DNA from: the human T2T-CHM13v2.0 reference genome, Homo sapiens
Strand: one strand, 5' to 3'
NCBI RefSeq assembly: GCF_009914755.1
Contig: NC_060936.1
Length of the DNA: 64,000 nt
Of the stretch, positions 15,394-30,953 are shown one piece after another; position 1 is the stretch's first letter; each line of letters opens with the position of its first letter. Below the pieces are notes generated by a model that saw nothing but the letters and a program-made list of their open reading frames with translations, had not been told where the DNA came from and did no database searches. The position numbers and the translations under genes are program-made.

Positions 15394-15680
15394 CATCTGC
15401 TAAGGTAAAACTGTTACTAACTTATTGGATGGTTGACTTCAGCATATTGATTTTGAAGATTTTGGACTCTATATATGCATTTAAGGATAGTATTTCTATC
15501 TCTATAAAGTGGAATCTGGAACCAGATCCAACAATAGACCACTTAGAAAATATACTTTGTTCTATTATATTGAATTCCAAGTGTTCTCATTTATACAATT
15601 TGTACCAAATGTTAGATTGGAAGACAAAAAGAAGTTTGGGAGCACAGATGATTCTTCAACCAATTTCTCTATTTTAAAGA
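15394..15680 (+). pseudogene. Decayed exon, RPTP membrane-proximal domain
   Basis: Strong acceptor (tttctttctcatttttcacacag). Reads DFGLYI / AFKDSISISIK / VESGTRSNNRPLRKYTLFYYIEFQVFS, resembling the YIAA..F.LGD....NRPL....Y segment of LAR-family and R3 RPTPs. 3' end uncertain. Confidence 0.65.
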
Positions 15681-15744
15681 CATAGTTGAGGCAATTAGAT
15701 ATCAAATAATCTGAGAGACAAAAAATTAGATTTAAAATAATCAT

Positions 15745-16305
<561 letters not shown>

Positions 16306-17263
16306 ATAAAGCTTAGAGACCTGGATTTGTGGAAAAAATAAAATAAACCATAAAGCTATATATCTTCATTTTCCCATAACACGTTTTTGAAATCATACAG
16401 TTCAATCAATTCTCTTCCTCCTGGAATAAAGCTGATTAAAGAGTTAGAGAAGTTGATGAGTTATAATGAGTTACAAAACAAGGAGTATTTTCTCTCCCTT
16501 TTTTTGCAAATGAAAAATGAGGTATTTGGAAGAGATGCTTTTTTTAAGCTTCATGACTTTGGTGATTTGGGAATAGAAATAGTAATTCTACCTCATTCCA
16601 ATACCTTAAGTAAACTCAGCCACCTCGCTGAGCCACACTGGTCCCTCCTGAAGTGACCCCAGGATCTGCATCACAGTTTCAGAATTCCTCATCAGTATCC
16701 ACCATGCTTAGAGCTCTGCTCTCCTGATGCCAACATCCCCACTTTTTTTGGTTCTTAGCAAACTCTTTCTCTTTGTGGAGCATTTTCCTTGGTGACTAAA
16801 TTTAGACTCCGGCACACAACAGAATCTGTCCTCTGGCCTTATATGCTAATACTTTTGATAAATGATGCCTCAGTAGACTCCCAACTCTGGTCCCTATGGA
16901 TCCCACCTTCACCAAACTGCTACCCCTTCATCCCCAGCCTCACACACACACACAGGAGGGAGGAGGGTCGGACAAGAGGGAAAATACCATAACCATGGAA
17001 GCAGGTAACGTGCTTCTCTCTGGCAATACCTGGCCATGTCACATTTCTAGAAACTTGGGCACTCATCGGCATAAATCTTACAAAGAGGGGCCTAAAAGCA
17101 TTGTCAGCCTCTGGGGTGGGAGTCCAGGGATATCACAAAACACAAAGTTGTCTTCAAAAATCCAGTCATACTGTGCATATTTATCTGAGAAAAAAATCTC
17201 AAGGAAGAAATTCTTAAACTTCTCTGCCTCACCCATTTCAAGGTCTGATCATGTATTTTTCAG

Positions 17264-17278
17264 GAGGAATAGTCAAAA
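17264..17278 (+). pseudogene. Candidate 15-bp micro-exon (R)RNSQ(K), basic juxtamembrane-like
   Basis: gtatttttcag|GAGGAATAGTCAAAA|gtaagg; phase 2-2, in frame with the exon at 17954. Confidence 0.5.
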
Positions 17279-17953
17279 GTAAGGCAATTTCAAATGAAGA
17301 CACCAGGAAAAAAATGTGAAGTGATTGTAACCAGCGAAAATAAAATTTAGGATTTGTTGGCAGTGTTTGTTGAAGAAGAAGGAAGAAAAGGAGTAGGAAG
17401 AGAGAGAAGGAAGGAACGAGGGAAGGAGACGAGGAAGGAAAGAATTAATAAGTCTGGTGGGGAAGAAATGAATCCTTTGTCAAAAATATTTCAGATGCTG
17501 AAATTCTGTTATTGTTTCTAGCTAACTAGAACGTTCTCCCTTTCCCTTTCGGCTGGATTATTTTCTTCTCATTCTTCAAATCTCACTTCCTCCTTCAGAC
17601 TTCATCAATTCGTGCTTCCCTTCACTGATATCCATTCAGTGATATTTATAGTCCATTTATATGTATGGCCTTTGATTTTTGTTTAAATTTCAGCAATTGC
17701 TCACTGCCCATCCTGACTGGCCTCCTCCAGCACAGCTCCTAACACCCCTCACCCTGCTCACAAACACTCGTCGAGTCCAAACCAGCCTGGCAGGTAAGGC
17801 CTTCCATAATTTGGCTTCAACTCATGCTTCCAAACAACCTTATTTTCAGCTCTTCACTTCTTATGAATAACCATACAGCAGTGACCTTAACATTTTGATG
17901 GCAAACAGTAATGCTCACCACGTTCAGGTCACAAGCACATGTCTTGCTATTAG

Positions 17954-18208
17954 GAGAGTTGTAAAGGAAACAGCAGAAGCAGTCCCTCCCCAGAAAAATG
18001 CACAGTCTAATGGAGGTGAAATTAACTTCAGCAATAAACTTAAGATTCATATTGAAGAGGCACTTGCACTGACTCAGAAACTTTCTGCAGAGAATCTGAA
18101 GAAGAGCAGGAGCAGCAAGACAGAAAGCACTCAAGAGGTGACTTCGGAGGCTCAGTCACCAAACAATAGGCAATGTTGTTCTCTAAGCCTTGTACCAAAA
18201 CTGATAGG
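17954..18208 (+). pseudogene. Candidate cytoplasmic-region exon, still open
   Basis: tattag|G phase-2 start; open frame RVVKETAEAVPPQK...IHIEEALALTQKLSAENLKK... Donor at 18209 (gtaaag) or GC at 18170. Confidence 0.5.
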
Positions 18209-18990
18209 GTAAAGGGTCTTCCAAATACAACTTTATTTATTAACAATCCTCCTTTATTCTGGTCCACCTGAGGCTACACAAATGTACCCTCTTCTTAAAG
18301 AAACTGATTTGGATAGACAGGGAATAGGAGATTTCAATCCTGCTGAACTAGGTTGCTTCTCTTATGAAATCAGCCTGCAATAGACTTTCAAAAGGAATTC
18401 CAAGTAGGCTTTGAAAATAATGGGAGGAGTAAGTGGCCCATCAAGCCAACATTTGCTTGAGCCAGAGGACTTGCTCACCGAAGACATTGCTGGATTTCTT
18501 ATCTGACTAGTCAGTCAAGAAAATTTACTTTGATGACCATAAATGGACATTTTTTACAATGATCATTATTTACAGATGCAAGTGCTGTGTGAAATATAGT
18601 ACTTAAACTCAACTATAATTTAACACTACCTATTTCCATAATGAGTGTTCAAAAGGATGAATCAATAGACCTTCCAAGAGAACATGTAATAGCTTTTAAG
18701 AATATAGGCGTGCTTCAATTATTTGAATTAAAATCAAAATTGAGGAATACAAATTTTAGCTTTTCTTTCTCTGTAGGGTTAGCAGTAAATCATCAAAGAA
18801 TATACTCAATTTCATTAGTTTGTATAAACAAGACATATCTGATTTGAAAAGTAATAACTCAAGAAAGGAAATATGTGGACTTGTTTTTCATTCAAATATA
18901 GATATATACTTGTAACATGAAGAAATTGACTACTGGCGTGGCTTGTTTTGCACTGAAAATAAACTAAGAAACCCCTATGCCAATATAACT

Positions 18991-19541
18991 TGTGAACTCA
19001 AAATATCTGAGACAGGTCTCAGTCAATTTAGAAAGTTTGGTTAAGGACACACCCATGACACAGCCTCAGGAGGTCCTGACAACAAGTGCCCAAGGTGGTC
19101 GGGGTACAGCTTGCTTTTTAGGGAGATATAATACATCAATCAATACATGTAAGATTACATTGGTTCTATCTGGAAGGGTGGGGGAGGGTGGCTTCCAGGT
19201 GATAGATAGATTTAAAATTTTTCTGATGTCAATTGGTTGAAACGCTTCTTATCAGTAGAAAGGAATGTCTGGGTTAAGATAAGGGGTTGTGGAGACCTAG
19301 GTTTTATCATGGAGGTAAAACCTCCAAGTAACAGGCTTTCAAGAGACTGTAAATGTTTCTTATCAGACTTAAGGTCTGCATTGATGTTAATGCTGGAGGG
19401 GGTATCATGAGACATGTCCAACCCCCACTTCCCATCATGGTCTGAGCCAGTCTTTCAGGTTAAATTTTTTGAGTGCCCTGGTTGGGGAGGAAGTTCATTC
19501 AGATGGTTGTGGAAGCTTTCAAATTTTATTTTTGGTTAACA
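18991..19541 (-). mobile_element. Solo ERV1 LTR, MER4 family (MER4B-like)
   Basis: TG...CA ends, perfect 4-bp TSD aact, MER4-type termini. Confidence 0.9.
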
Positions 19542-20099
19542 AACTCATTCTACCCCCTAAATATTAGATTCCTCTATTTTGGAACTAAAGTAAGCAAGAA
19601 CAAATGATTGTTTTTAGTAATGTTTGTTTCTTTGCTTTTTACATTACTCTAAACCAGTTGAAAATTTTTCATTTAAAAATTATTTTGAGATTTTAAATTA
19701 TTTGTTGTTATGTAGGTTAAAAAACAGTTATTTGAACTAAAGTCAAACTCATTTGTGTGTGTAGACACAATCATTATCATCATCACATGATTTTACATAT
19801 TTTTTTAAAGCAGGCATTTTCTACTCATACACAAGCTACCAAAGAGAGGTGTCCCTACAACTCACATAGATGGCAGTAATGTTGACTGAATTTTGTACCC
19901 TCCACTCTAGACTCTTCTGACAGAGTGAGTGCAATGATGTGGTTTTATTTAATGTTTCCCCTTCCTGGACCCATAGATACCATGACTTAAAAGCATGGAT
20001 TAATGTTTTTTCTGGAAATTTCTAAGCATAATTACAAAGGGTAGCAAAAAAACCCACACCAATAACATCGCTACAGTTTTAGTGATCATCTCTTGAGAC

Positions 20100-20252
20100 A
20101 TTGATCACATTCTGCTTTGTGTCATTGTTATTTTCTTTAAACACAGGCAGGTTATGCCTTGTTCATTTTTCTATCTTCCACAGTGCTTAGCTGTGCATAT
20201 TATAGATACTCACTAAATGTTTGTTGAGTGACCAACCAAATAAATGAATGAC
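20100..20252 (+). mobile_element. L2 3' end
   Basis: ...actcactaaatgtttgttgagtga...aatgaatga. Confidence 0.7.
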
Positions 20253-20891
20253 TAATGATTGCAGCCATACTTGTATGCAGAAGAAAAGAGTGGAACAAAC
20301 CCAGTTGTAATCCTTTCCTTGATGAAATAAAAAAATTAGATTCTAATGCAGCAGTTTGGATTTCAGTATAACTAACCAAGGTTCTTCTCAATTAACTTTA
20401 CTCTCAATCACAAATTAAAGAGAAAAAACATGAGTGCCCCTCTGAAATTTCTTAGAAGTCTTTTATAATTCTGATGAAGAATAAATATGACTTACAGAGT
20501 TTGGGGGGTTTTCAGAGTTGAAAGTTTGGGGGAGGGTTGCTTTGACATTAAAGTACATCCTCCAATCCCTTCCCTTCTTTATGGACACACACACACACAC
20601 ACACATCAGATGTTCCATCTGAAGAAGTTTTTGGGTGCCTCTTGAGTTAAGGCTGGCCTATAAATACTGACACTTTCCTAGGGTTTTGTCTTTGGCCCAC
20701 ATTTCTTCCTAGTCTTCATGTTCTCATTGAGTGATGCTATTCACTTCCATGGTTTTAACCCCCATCCATATGCTTAGAACTTTTAAATCATTACCCCTAA
20801 CAATGACACTGTCTTAAGCTTCAAATTTATATATTCAGCTGCCTAGAAAATCTCTATTTCTGGACATTCCTTACTTTCCTAAATTCAAAAC

Positions 20892-21054
20892 TTTATTTTA
20901 TTATTATTATTGTTATTATTATTATTAATTATTTTGTAGAGACAGGGTCTCCCTATGTTGCCTAGGCTGGTCTCCAACTCCCAGGCTCAAGTGATCTTCC
21001 TGCCACAGACTCCCAAAATGCTGGGATTACAGGTGTGAGCCACCACACCCGGCC
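20892..21054 (-). mobile_element. FLAM / Alu left monomer
   Basis: Single arm with (TTA)n tail. Confidence 0.9.
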
Positions 21055-21201
21055 AATTTAAAACTTCCAAAACCTCATCTCCCCACTCTCTCACACCAAA
21101 AACAAAACAAAACAAAAAAAGGCTAAATGTCTTCTTTCAATTATTAGCATTTCCATCTATCTAGTCACACAACACAAAAACCTTGGGTTGTTTCCTAAGC
21201 T

Positions 21202-21396
21202 TAGGGTCAGAAAACTATAACCCATGGATCTGTTTTTATAAATGAAGTTTTATTGGAACACAGCATCAGCCATTGGTTTTGTCAATGGCTTCTCTCTCCT
21301 ACTGCAATGGTAAAATTGAGTTCAACTGAGGCCAAATTGCCCAGCCTAAAATATTTACTGTTTAGCCCTTGACAAAAAATATGTTGCCAATCCCTG
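21202..21396. mobile_element. MER58A (hAT-Charlie MITE)
   Basis: TIR-like ends and the diagnostic aagttttattggaacacagc. Confidence 0.85.
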
Positions 21397-21591
21397 TTTT
21401 AGACCGTTCCTTCTCTCTAAGATTGCAAAGCTGCCTCTATTTTTCCCTTCTAGATATTTCTCAAATTCTTCCCTGTCATCTCTTGAATTTCGGCTCTGAT
21501 CTTCTTTCACCTGGATTATTGCAGCAAATGCAACTCCATCCCTCACTTGTCACCAGAGTGATACACCTAAAACACATCTTGATTGTTATAC

Positions 21592-22430
<839 letters not shown>

Positions 22431-23070
22431 ATCACTCCATTCTTATTTCTCTTCCTCATCTGTAGACTGAAGTCCATGCTCTTCAGCCTGGGATATAAGG
22501 CTGTCAGTGACCTGAGCGCACCTCTTCCTGTAGTCACATCTTCTCTATTCCCCCCTCACAATATTCACTGATAATTCATAGCTGTTCATAGCTCTCCAGT
22601 GAGCACATCCTATTCTGTGTCTTCCCACATTTGCTCATACTGAATTGTTTTCTAATCTCCCCAAACAAATTTCTCCTTTTTCTCTGCCCCATCCCAGCCT
22701 TCCTTGGCCTACAACCTCCTTTTTATACTTCAAACCCAGTTCAGGCATTATCTTCATCTAAACTGGCCAAACTCAGTGCTCTTCTTCCTCTAGGTTCCTA
22801 GAGCACCAGGAGAACAACTTAACCATGGTCTTTGCCATGTTTTTGGAAGTGTGCATTTGTGTGCCTGCCTCATCCATCAGACTTTGAGTTTCTTGCATAA
22901 AGAGACAGTAGCTGCTTCACGTTGGTGCCCCCAGCACCTCATTCAATGGATGCTCAGGAAATTGTCATTTAACTGACCTGAACTGAAATAAACTAAACTG
23001 ATAAAGTAACCCTAAGCCCTTTAATTCTCACTTGGGAGAAATAAAAAAAAAATTATTTTTACTTATATTC

Positions 23071-23375
23071 TTTTTTTTTTTTTTTTTTTTTGAGATGGAG
23101 TCTCACTCTGTTGCCCAGGCTGGTGAGTGCAATGGCACGATCTCAGATCACTGCAACCTCTGCCTCCCAGTTTCAAGCGATTCTCCTGCCTCAGCCTCCT
23201 GAGTAGCTGGAATTACAGGCGTCCATCACCACACCCAGCTAATTTTTGTATTTTTAGTAGAGACGGGGTTTTGCCATGTTGGCCAGGCTGGTCTCAAACT
23301 CCTGACCTCAACTAATCTGCCCGCCTTGGCCTCTCAGAGTGCTGGGATTACAGGCATGAGACATGACTCCCGGCC
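23071..23375 (-). mobile_element. Alu (AluS)
   Basis: TSD ttatttttactt(a/g)tattc. Confidence 0.97.
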
Positions 23376-23633
23376 TTTATTTTTACTTGTATTCTTACTC
23401 TGGGGAGATTTCTTTCCTGCTTCCTTTTTAAACACAATTTTTCCATTTAAAATATGATTCATTAAGACTAAAGACCTTCCAGAGGAGGTAAGAAATATCA
23501 AACTCTAAAGGTTTGATATTTTCCCAAATGTAGTTATATTCTCCAAACCATGCTGGGTTTGCCAAATGATTCCTGATATCAGTAACTGAAAACAGTCCAA
23601 TTCTTTAACACTATGCACTTAAGAAATATACTA

Positions 23634-24274
<641 letters not shown>

Positions 24275-24702
24275 CTACCTTTACTTCAAGCTCCATTAGA
24301 AATCCAAAAATCTTCCACCTCCCTAGTTCAAATGCAGAGCCTTAGATTAAATACAGATCCATATTGTAGTAAGACAACCAGTTCACAAAAACAAGTTCAC
24401 CCTTTTCTGAATGTTTTACTTACTACCAGTGGAAAGTGTAAGGTGTCAAACTACATAAACATAATCCATCATGTGCTAATAAATTAATGACTCCAGAAAT
24501 ACACATTTAGACTTCACGAGTGGTAGTGGTTCTAGAACTTGAAATATCTTATTGAAACATTTAGTTATTAATAAGAAAAACAGAAAATGTTTGCTATGAG
24601 AATATGTTTCTCATTGTCTTGTGAATACTTTAGTATTGGATAGGAAGTCTAAAGCTTTCTAATCTCTTTTGCTTTCTTATAAAAGTTTTATGGTTAGCAT
24701 AT

Positions 24703-25216
24703 TGTTGGGGCTCAGAAACCAGTGCCCCAAAATGTGGAGCTTTGACATGCTGAACTGAAGAAGGCTTAAGGTCACTTTGACTTCCCCTCTCCCTTGACAC
24801 TGTCTCTCCCAAAGCACAGGATGAAGTTGAAGTTCCTTTATTTACCTAAGATCCAGACTCATCAACAGGAGCAATTGCTTTTTCTTCTCTTTCCTGTAAG
24901 ACCAAGAATGTAACCATCCCTGGCCAGACCCTGTCACAAGATAATGTATAAATTAATCCCTGTTGCCTAATCCATTCATTCTTCCTGGTGATCCTCCCAA
25001 CAGAATTTCCGTTCTCCTCCCTCCCATAATATGCTTTGTTAGGATAGTATATAAACTTCTGAACCATCTTGGGGGATAAGTAATCACCCTGTGGTTCTCC
25101 CTTGTACACACATTAATTACATTTCTATGCCTTTTCTCCAATTAATTTACCTTTTGTGAGTTGATTTTTCAGTGAAACTTCAGAGGTCAAAAGAGAAGTT
25201 TTCCCCTGACCCTACA
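24703..25216 (+). mobile_element. Solo ERV1 LTR (MER31-like)
   Basis: TGTTGGGGCTCAGAAA...CCCTACA; TSD atat/acat. Confidence 0.85.
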
Positions 25217-25661
25217 ACATCTTTTAAAGACAGCAGGAGAAGACTTTCAAGCCTATGGCAAAAATAGTTTATGGCCGATTTCAAAGGTATTGGTAATGAC
25301 ACACACATACACACAGCCTGTATTTGTCTATTTCCTCAGAATAAAATGCCATTAAAACAAAAGTTTAGAATCTTGAAAATTAATCAATGCATTCATTATT
25401 AGAATTCTAAAGGTACAGATGCTCAGTAGGGAAATATGTTCAAGACAGTTAGAAAGCAGCTTTCCAATAATGTTAACAATGAAAAATTATCACAATATTT
25501 GCAAAGGAGAATTGCAACAAAAGACTTGTAATTCATTAGCTTTAATTTATCCCTGAATATCAAGGGGATTAAATTAGTTTGCATCAGACTTTGATGTTAA
25601 TCCTGAAGAATTTATTAGCTCCTTTCTAGCATTGCTTTAGACGTACTTTCTTTTCTTCTAG

Positions 25662-25837
25662 AAATTCTCAGATTTTAACCACTCAGGTACCAGGAAGGTT
25701 CAGCAGAACATCAATGTAAAATCACCAGTCATTCAGTCTTGGATCCCTGAGACAGCTGCAGCCAGATTTAATGTGGGACATGCCAAGTTTCCACTGTGCT
25801 GATAGTTTGGAGGGGTGTGAAATATTCTCCCAACGAG
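25662..25837 (+). pseudogene. Candidate exon with strong splice sites
   Basis: tactttcttttcttctag| ... GAG|gtgagg; phase-0 frame open for 46 codons, then stops. Domain not recognised. Confidence 0.4.
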
Positions 25838-25921
25838 GTGAGGTTTCCTTGTATGCTGGTATTTAACTGGGCATGGCCAACTCTGTTAAATATGAGTAAA
25901 TAACAGGCAAGGTATAATAGC

Positions 25922-26560
25922 TGTCAGAGGCATTTGAACCAGAGCAAGTCCATCTTGAAAAGGGGCTGGGTAAAATAAGATTGAGACTTACTGAGCTGTA
26001 TTCCCAGGAGGTTAGGCATTCTGAATCACAGGATGAGATAGGACGTTGCCACAAGGTACAGGTCGTAAAGACCTTGCTGATAAAACAGCATGCAGAACAG
26101 AAGCCGGCCAAAACCCACCAAAACCAAGATGGTGATAAAAGTAACCTCTGGTCTCCTCACTACTCATTATACGCTAATTACAATGCATTAACATGCATTA
26201 ATATGCTAAAAGACACTCCCACCACCGCCGTGCGGGTTTACAAATGATATGGCAACATCAGGAAGTAACCCTATATAGTCAGGAAAGAGGAGGAACCCTC
26301 AGTTCCAGGAATTGCCCACTCCTTTCCCAGAAAACTCATGAATAATCCGCCTTTTGTTTAGCATATAATCAAGAAATAACTATAAATATCCTTAGTTGAC
26401 CAGCCCAGGCCACTGCTCTGCTTATGGAGTAGGCATTCTTTTATTCCTTTACTTTCTTAATAAACTTACTTTCACTTAATGAATTTGCCTCAAATGCTGT
26501 TTTTCGTAAGAACCAAGAACCCACTCTTGGCGTCTGGATGGAGATCCCTTTCTGGTAACA
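25922..26560 (+). mobile_element. Solo ERV1 LTR MER41B
   Basis: TGTCAGAGGC.TTTGAACCAGAGC...GGTAACA, about 640 bp. Confidence 0.93.
26303..26332. promoter_or_regulatory. Tandem GAS (STAT) motifs in MER41B
   Basis: TTCCAGGAA at 26303-26311 and TTCCCAGAA at 26324-26332. Confidence 0.75.
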
Positions 26561-26633
26561 ATAACTACAGCATTCAAACATTTATTATATGAAAGTTTGT
26601 GCTTTACTGTCTCAAGTATACTTATTATAATAG

Positions 26634-28472
26634 TGACAGCAGCGGCGGGCCATCTGGAGCGGCCACTGCCATTACGCCGGCTGCAGCAGAGAGCCGTGGG
26701 AAGTGGCAGCAGGAGCGGCTGCAGGAGCAGCAGTGGCAGAGGTCGGCCCCCTGTGCCCCATCCCCGAGGCAGCCGACTGCACCACTGCACCACCCCTGCC
26801 CTTGTGCACGGAGGGGCAGGACCCGTCCCCAAGCCCAGAGCCTCCCCAATTCTGGAGTCCGGGCCCTGGAACGCTGCTCTGGCCCGCTGCTGCGGGGAAG
26901 GCATGGGGAGGAGGTGGAGCTAGGCCTGGGGCAGTGAAGCACTCCATGGAGCCAGTGGGAGCCAGGGACAAGCAGGAGCACCCCCAGAGCTTGCCTCCCT
27001 GAAGCCACTGTGATGGGGCCCGGCCTAGCCGCCTGCTGGAGGGGGAGCAACGCTGTCAGGCACAGAGGGGTGGGCAAAGAGAGGCCCAGTGAGGACCTGG
27101 TTCCCGCACCCTAGGCTGCGAGGAGGCGCGTTGCCTGCCGGGGCTGCCTGCACACTCCACAAGAAGCAGGCTCGTGCAGGACTCAGACATCTCTACAGTC
27201 TGCACCCTCGGGGCCTGGGAAGGCCCCCAATGCCTCTGCAGGGTTGCGGGTGTCTGCTCCCACTGCCTGGCCTCTTCCTGCTCCCAAAGCCTCAGAGCAG
27301 GTTTGGGGACGAGCCTGGGCACTGCAAAAACCTGGCCGGGTGTGCACACACTCAGGGCAGCACTGAGACGCGAGCCCCATCCGGACTTTGGGTGCCGACG
27401 AGCACGGGGTTAGGGGAAGCCAAGGAGGTGCTGAGGGCGGCTCATTGCTGGCCTGCAGGTGCCCCTTGGCACAGGCAGCCTGGGCACTATGGGTGACGGC
27501 AGGACGCAGACAGGCTCCTGGATGGAAGGGCATGGGTCCCCACCTTCAGGCCAGAGAGGCGACTGGGCTGCCAGTCCCGCAGACCAGAGTGGGAACTTGT
27601 GGTGCCTTTTCCAGGCCTGCCCATGGCCGCTCATGGACCAATAGGGACACAGTTCCTTCCCCCTGAGGCCCGTAGAAGCCCCAGGCTCCGCCAGAGCTAG
27701 ACAGGTGACGGGATTACCAGCTGCAGAAAGGAGATATCCTTTTTGCTGGGAGCTGAACACTTGTTGGGATGACCTGCCGGCAGAGAAGACCTACCCACTC
27801 TACTAGGAGATGAATACTCACAGGACACTCTGGCTGCGGAAAGGAGCTGCCCCGCGCTGGTCTCTGAACTGTTCTATCACTTGATAAAGCTGCTCTTCAT
27901 CTTTCTCACCCTTCACTAGTCTGTGTACCTCATTATTCCTGGATGCAGGACAAAAACTCAGAACCCGCTGGATGGTGAGGCTAAAAGAGCTGTAGCACAA
28001 ACACAGCTCTAACATGCCCCTTGCTTGCCACATCGCGGGCAAAGAGAAGGAAAGAATTGCTGCGGCCCTTCGGTGAGCCCAGACTGGAGAGCTCTCTGAG
28101 CCAGGGCTGTGACTCCCTCTTTGGGGCCCTTGCAGTTCCTGGCATCTTCCAGGTGCCACTGCATCCTCTGTTGCCAGCTAGGGAAGCTGCTTGTGGTGCA
28201 CCTGGTCCAGCCACAGCTTGCAGAGAGCCAGTGCCCATGGCGGCATATGAAGCTGCCAGAACCCACGCTCACTCACACACCCCTTGCCGCTCCACACCTG
28301 ACTTGCAGTCTCCCTTGGAGGCATGGGATCCAGGCCGGTAGCGTGGGCTGAGTGCAGCCTGCCAGGCTGAGTGGGCAGAACGAACCCAGCGGACCCAAGC
28401 AAAGCTAGGGCAAAGGCGCCACCAGCCACAAGTTTCTGGCCAGAAAAGCGATACCTCGAAGATCCCATAACA
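26634..28472 (+). mobile_element. Solo ERV1 LTR MER52 (about 1.84 kb, GC-rich)
   Basis: TGACAGCAGCGGCGG...GATCCCATAACA; TSD atag/acag. Confidence 0.92.
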
Positions 28473-28548
28473 ACAGACTTTAAAAATCAGGCGGCATCTG
28501 GTTACAAAAGGGTGGTGGCAACTGAAAAATCTGTAGTTTATTTTGCAG

Positions 28549-28621
28549 ATCACTATCCACCTCCGCAGCTACCACCTCCTTTGTTCCAAGAAGAATGGCC
28601 ACTTTAAGATAAAAGCTCTGG
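28549..28621 (+). pseudogene. Candidate proline-rich exon interrupted by an Alu
   Basis: tttattttgcag|AT phase 1; reads DHYPPPQLPPPLFQEEWPL*, then the Alu at 28622. Confidence 0.4.
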
Positions 28622-28929
<308 letters not shown>

Positions 28930-29156
28930 TTATGATTGCTTATCATTTCCACTATCTCAGAGACATTATTTCATCACTAATTTTCTGATTCATCACAGTT
29001 TATTTTTCTCACTTTAAAAATTATACCATATTGCACATTAAGTTTTCAGTATGTTCATGTTTTTCACAGTTTTACTTTACAGATTCATTTTACTTTTAGA
29101 TTCATATTGTAGTTGCATCCTTTAGTTGCTGATTGACATTACAGCATTTTCTCCAG

Positions 29157-29288
29157 GGCAGATAAAAAGCACATACATGTTGTCATGCTTCCAAATGTTC
29201 TCCTTTGAAATGAGTCCCCCTTCTAAAGAAGAGGTTTTAATGACAAGGCTAATTCCACAACAAGATTTTAAAGACTTGCAAAAGACAA
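29157..29288 (+). pseudogene. Candidate symmetric exon (132 bp, phase 1-1, open)
   Basis: ttttctccag| ... ACAA|gtaaga; reads GQIKSTYMLSCFQMFSFEMSPPSKEEVLMTRLIPQQDFKDLQKT. Confidence 0.55.
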
Positions 29289-29379
29289 GTAAGAAACTAG
29301 AAAGCTATCCTGTTTTCTGAGAGTGCTACAGTGCTGCAGATATTATAATTTTGTGTTTATTTCTTTCTACATTTTATGA

Positions 29380-29645
<266 letters not shown>

Positions 29646-29757
29646 ATTGGCCCTTTATTTTTTAGAAGAAAAACAGTTTTTTTCTATGATTAAAGACCAT
29701 GTTTTAATTTAAAACTGAAAAAATCTAAATTTGTAACTCCTAAATTAAAAATCCCAA

Positions 29758-30512
29758 TGAGGACTAAACTCTGAGTTTTTATCTTGCCCAAACTCCTATC
29801 TAAGGGGTCTGGGAGGTCGTGCCCTGCAAACCATAAATTCTTATCAGATGGGTTTTATTTAACCAGGTATATCAATACTTATTTTCCAACATGACTCTGG
29901 CATAACATTATGAGACAAGGAAGAAAATAAAAGTATTTTACCCCAAAACATTTTTCTTTGCCATATTTTGAAATGGCCCTGCAAAAATGTTCTTTGTGAG
30001 GGAAAATTTGCATCTGTAAAGAATCTCAATTAACATAGCTAGATCTTTTTCTTTCAGATGCTTCCAATCCTAAAGAGATTAACTAAGATTTAAATAGGAA
30101 ACATTTGTCATCTATTGTCTCTAAGGGCAGCCACTATAAGACTTCTAAAGAACTTTGGTCTCCACAATCTTAGCCTGAACATTCCCTTTCTGTCAGTCTC
30201 AAGTCTTTAGACAAACTCAACCAATTGTCAACGAGAAAATGTTTAAATTCACCTATAGCTTGGAAGCCCCCCGACCAACATTGAGTTGTCCTGCCTTTCT
30301 GGACCAAACCGATGTATTTCTTAAATGTGTTTGATTGATGTCTCATGCCTCTCTAAAATGTATAAAACCAAGCTACCAAGCTGTGCCCCAACCACCTTGG
30401 GCACATGCTCTCAGGACCTCTTGAGGGCTGTGTCGTGGGCCATGATCACTCATATTTGGCTCAGAATAAATCTCTTCAAATATTTTACAGAGTACGACTC
30501 TTTTTGTTGACA
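29758..30512 (+). mobile_element. Solo ERV1 LTR, MER4E-like
   Basis: TGAGGACTAA.CTCTGA...GTTGACA; AATAAA near the 3' end. Confidence 0.88.
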
Positions 30513-30953
30513 TCAGCTATGGTTAACTCTATTTTGATAAATTTATGTACATAACTGCATAATTTTATATTGGCTAGTTTCTGTCCAATTGCTGGAAACA
30601 TTAAAAAGCAGCAATAACATTTGCCCTTTTAATACAAGGGACTTAGTCCAGGTCTTGTCATCAAATCATTGAATCTACTTATCCAAATATATCTGTCCAG
30701 ATTCTTGTCTCTAAATGCATTTTAGTCTAAGCCACTCATAGTTCTGACCTAGTTTATGTGTGCATATTAGATTATTCTGCTGTGCCGTTAAAAATTCAGC
30801 TTCAGTAAAATGGGATTGGATGATTTCTAATCTTATATGTTCAAACTTTCTATGTTCTAGAATTCTCGAAGGAAACAGATATCATGTTCAATGGTTTTTC
30901 AAGCCTAAAAATCTGACGTTCTTTCTTAAATGTATTCTTAATCATTTCTGCAG

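Noticed and set aside
26476-28553. Many overlapping 80-150 aa ORFs and CpG-island-like composition
   Set aside because: All lie within the GC-rich MER52 LTR, where stop codons are scarce; no domain similarity.
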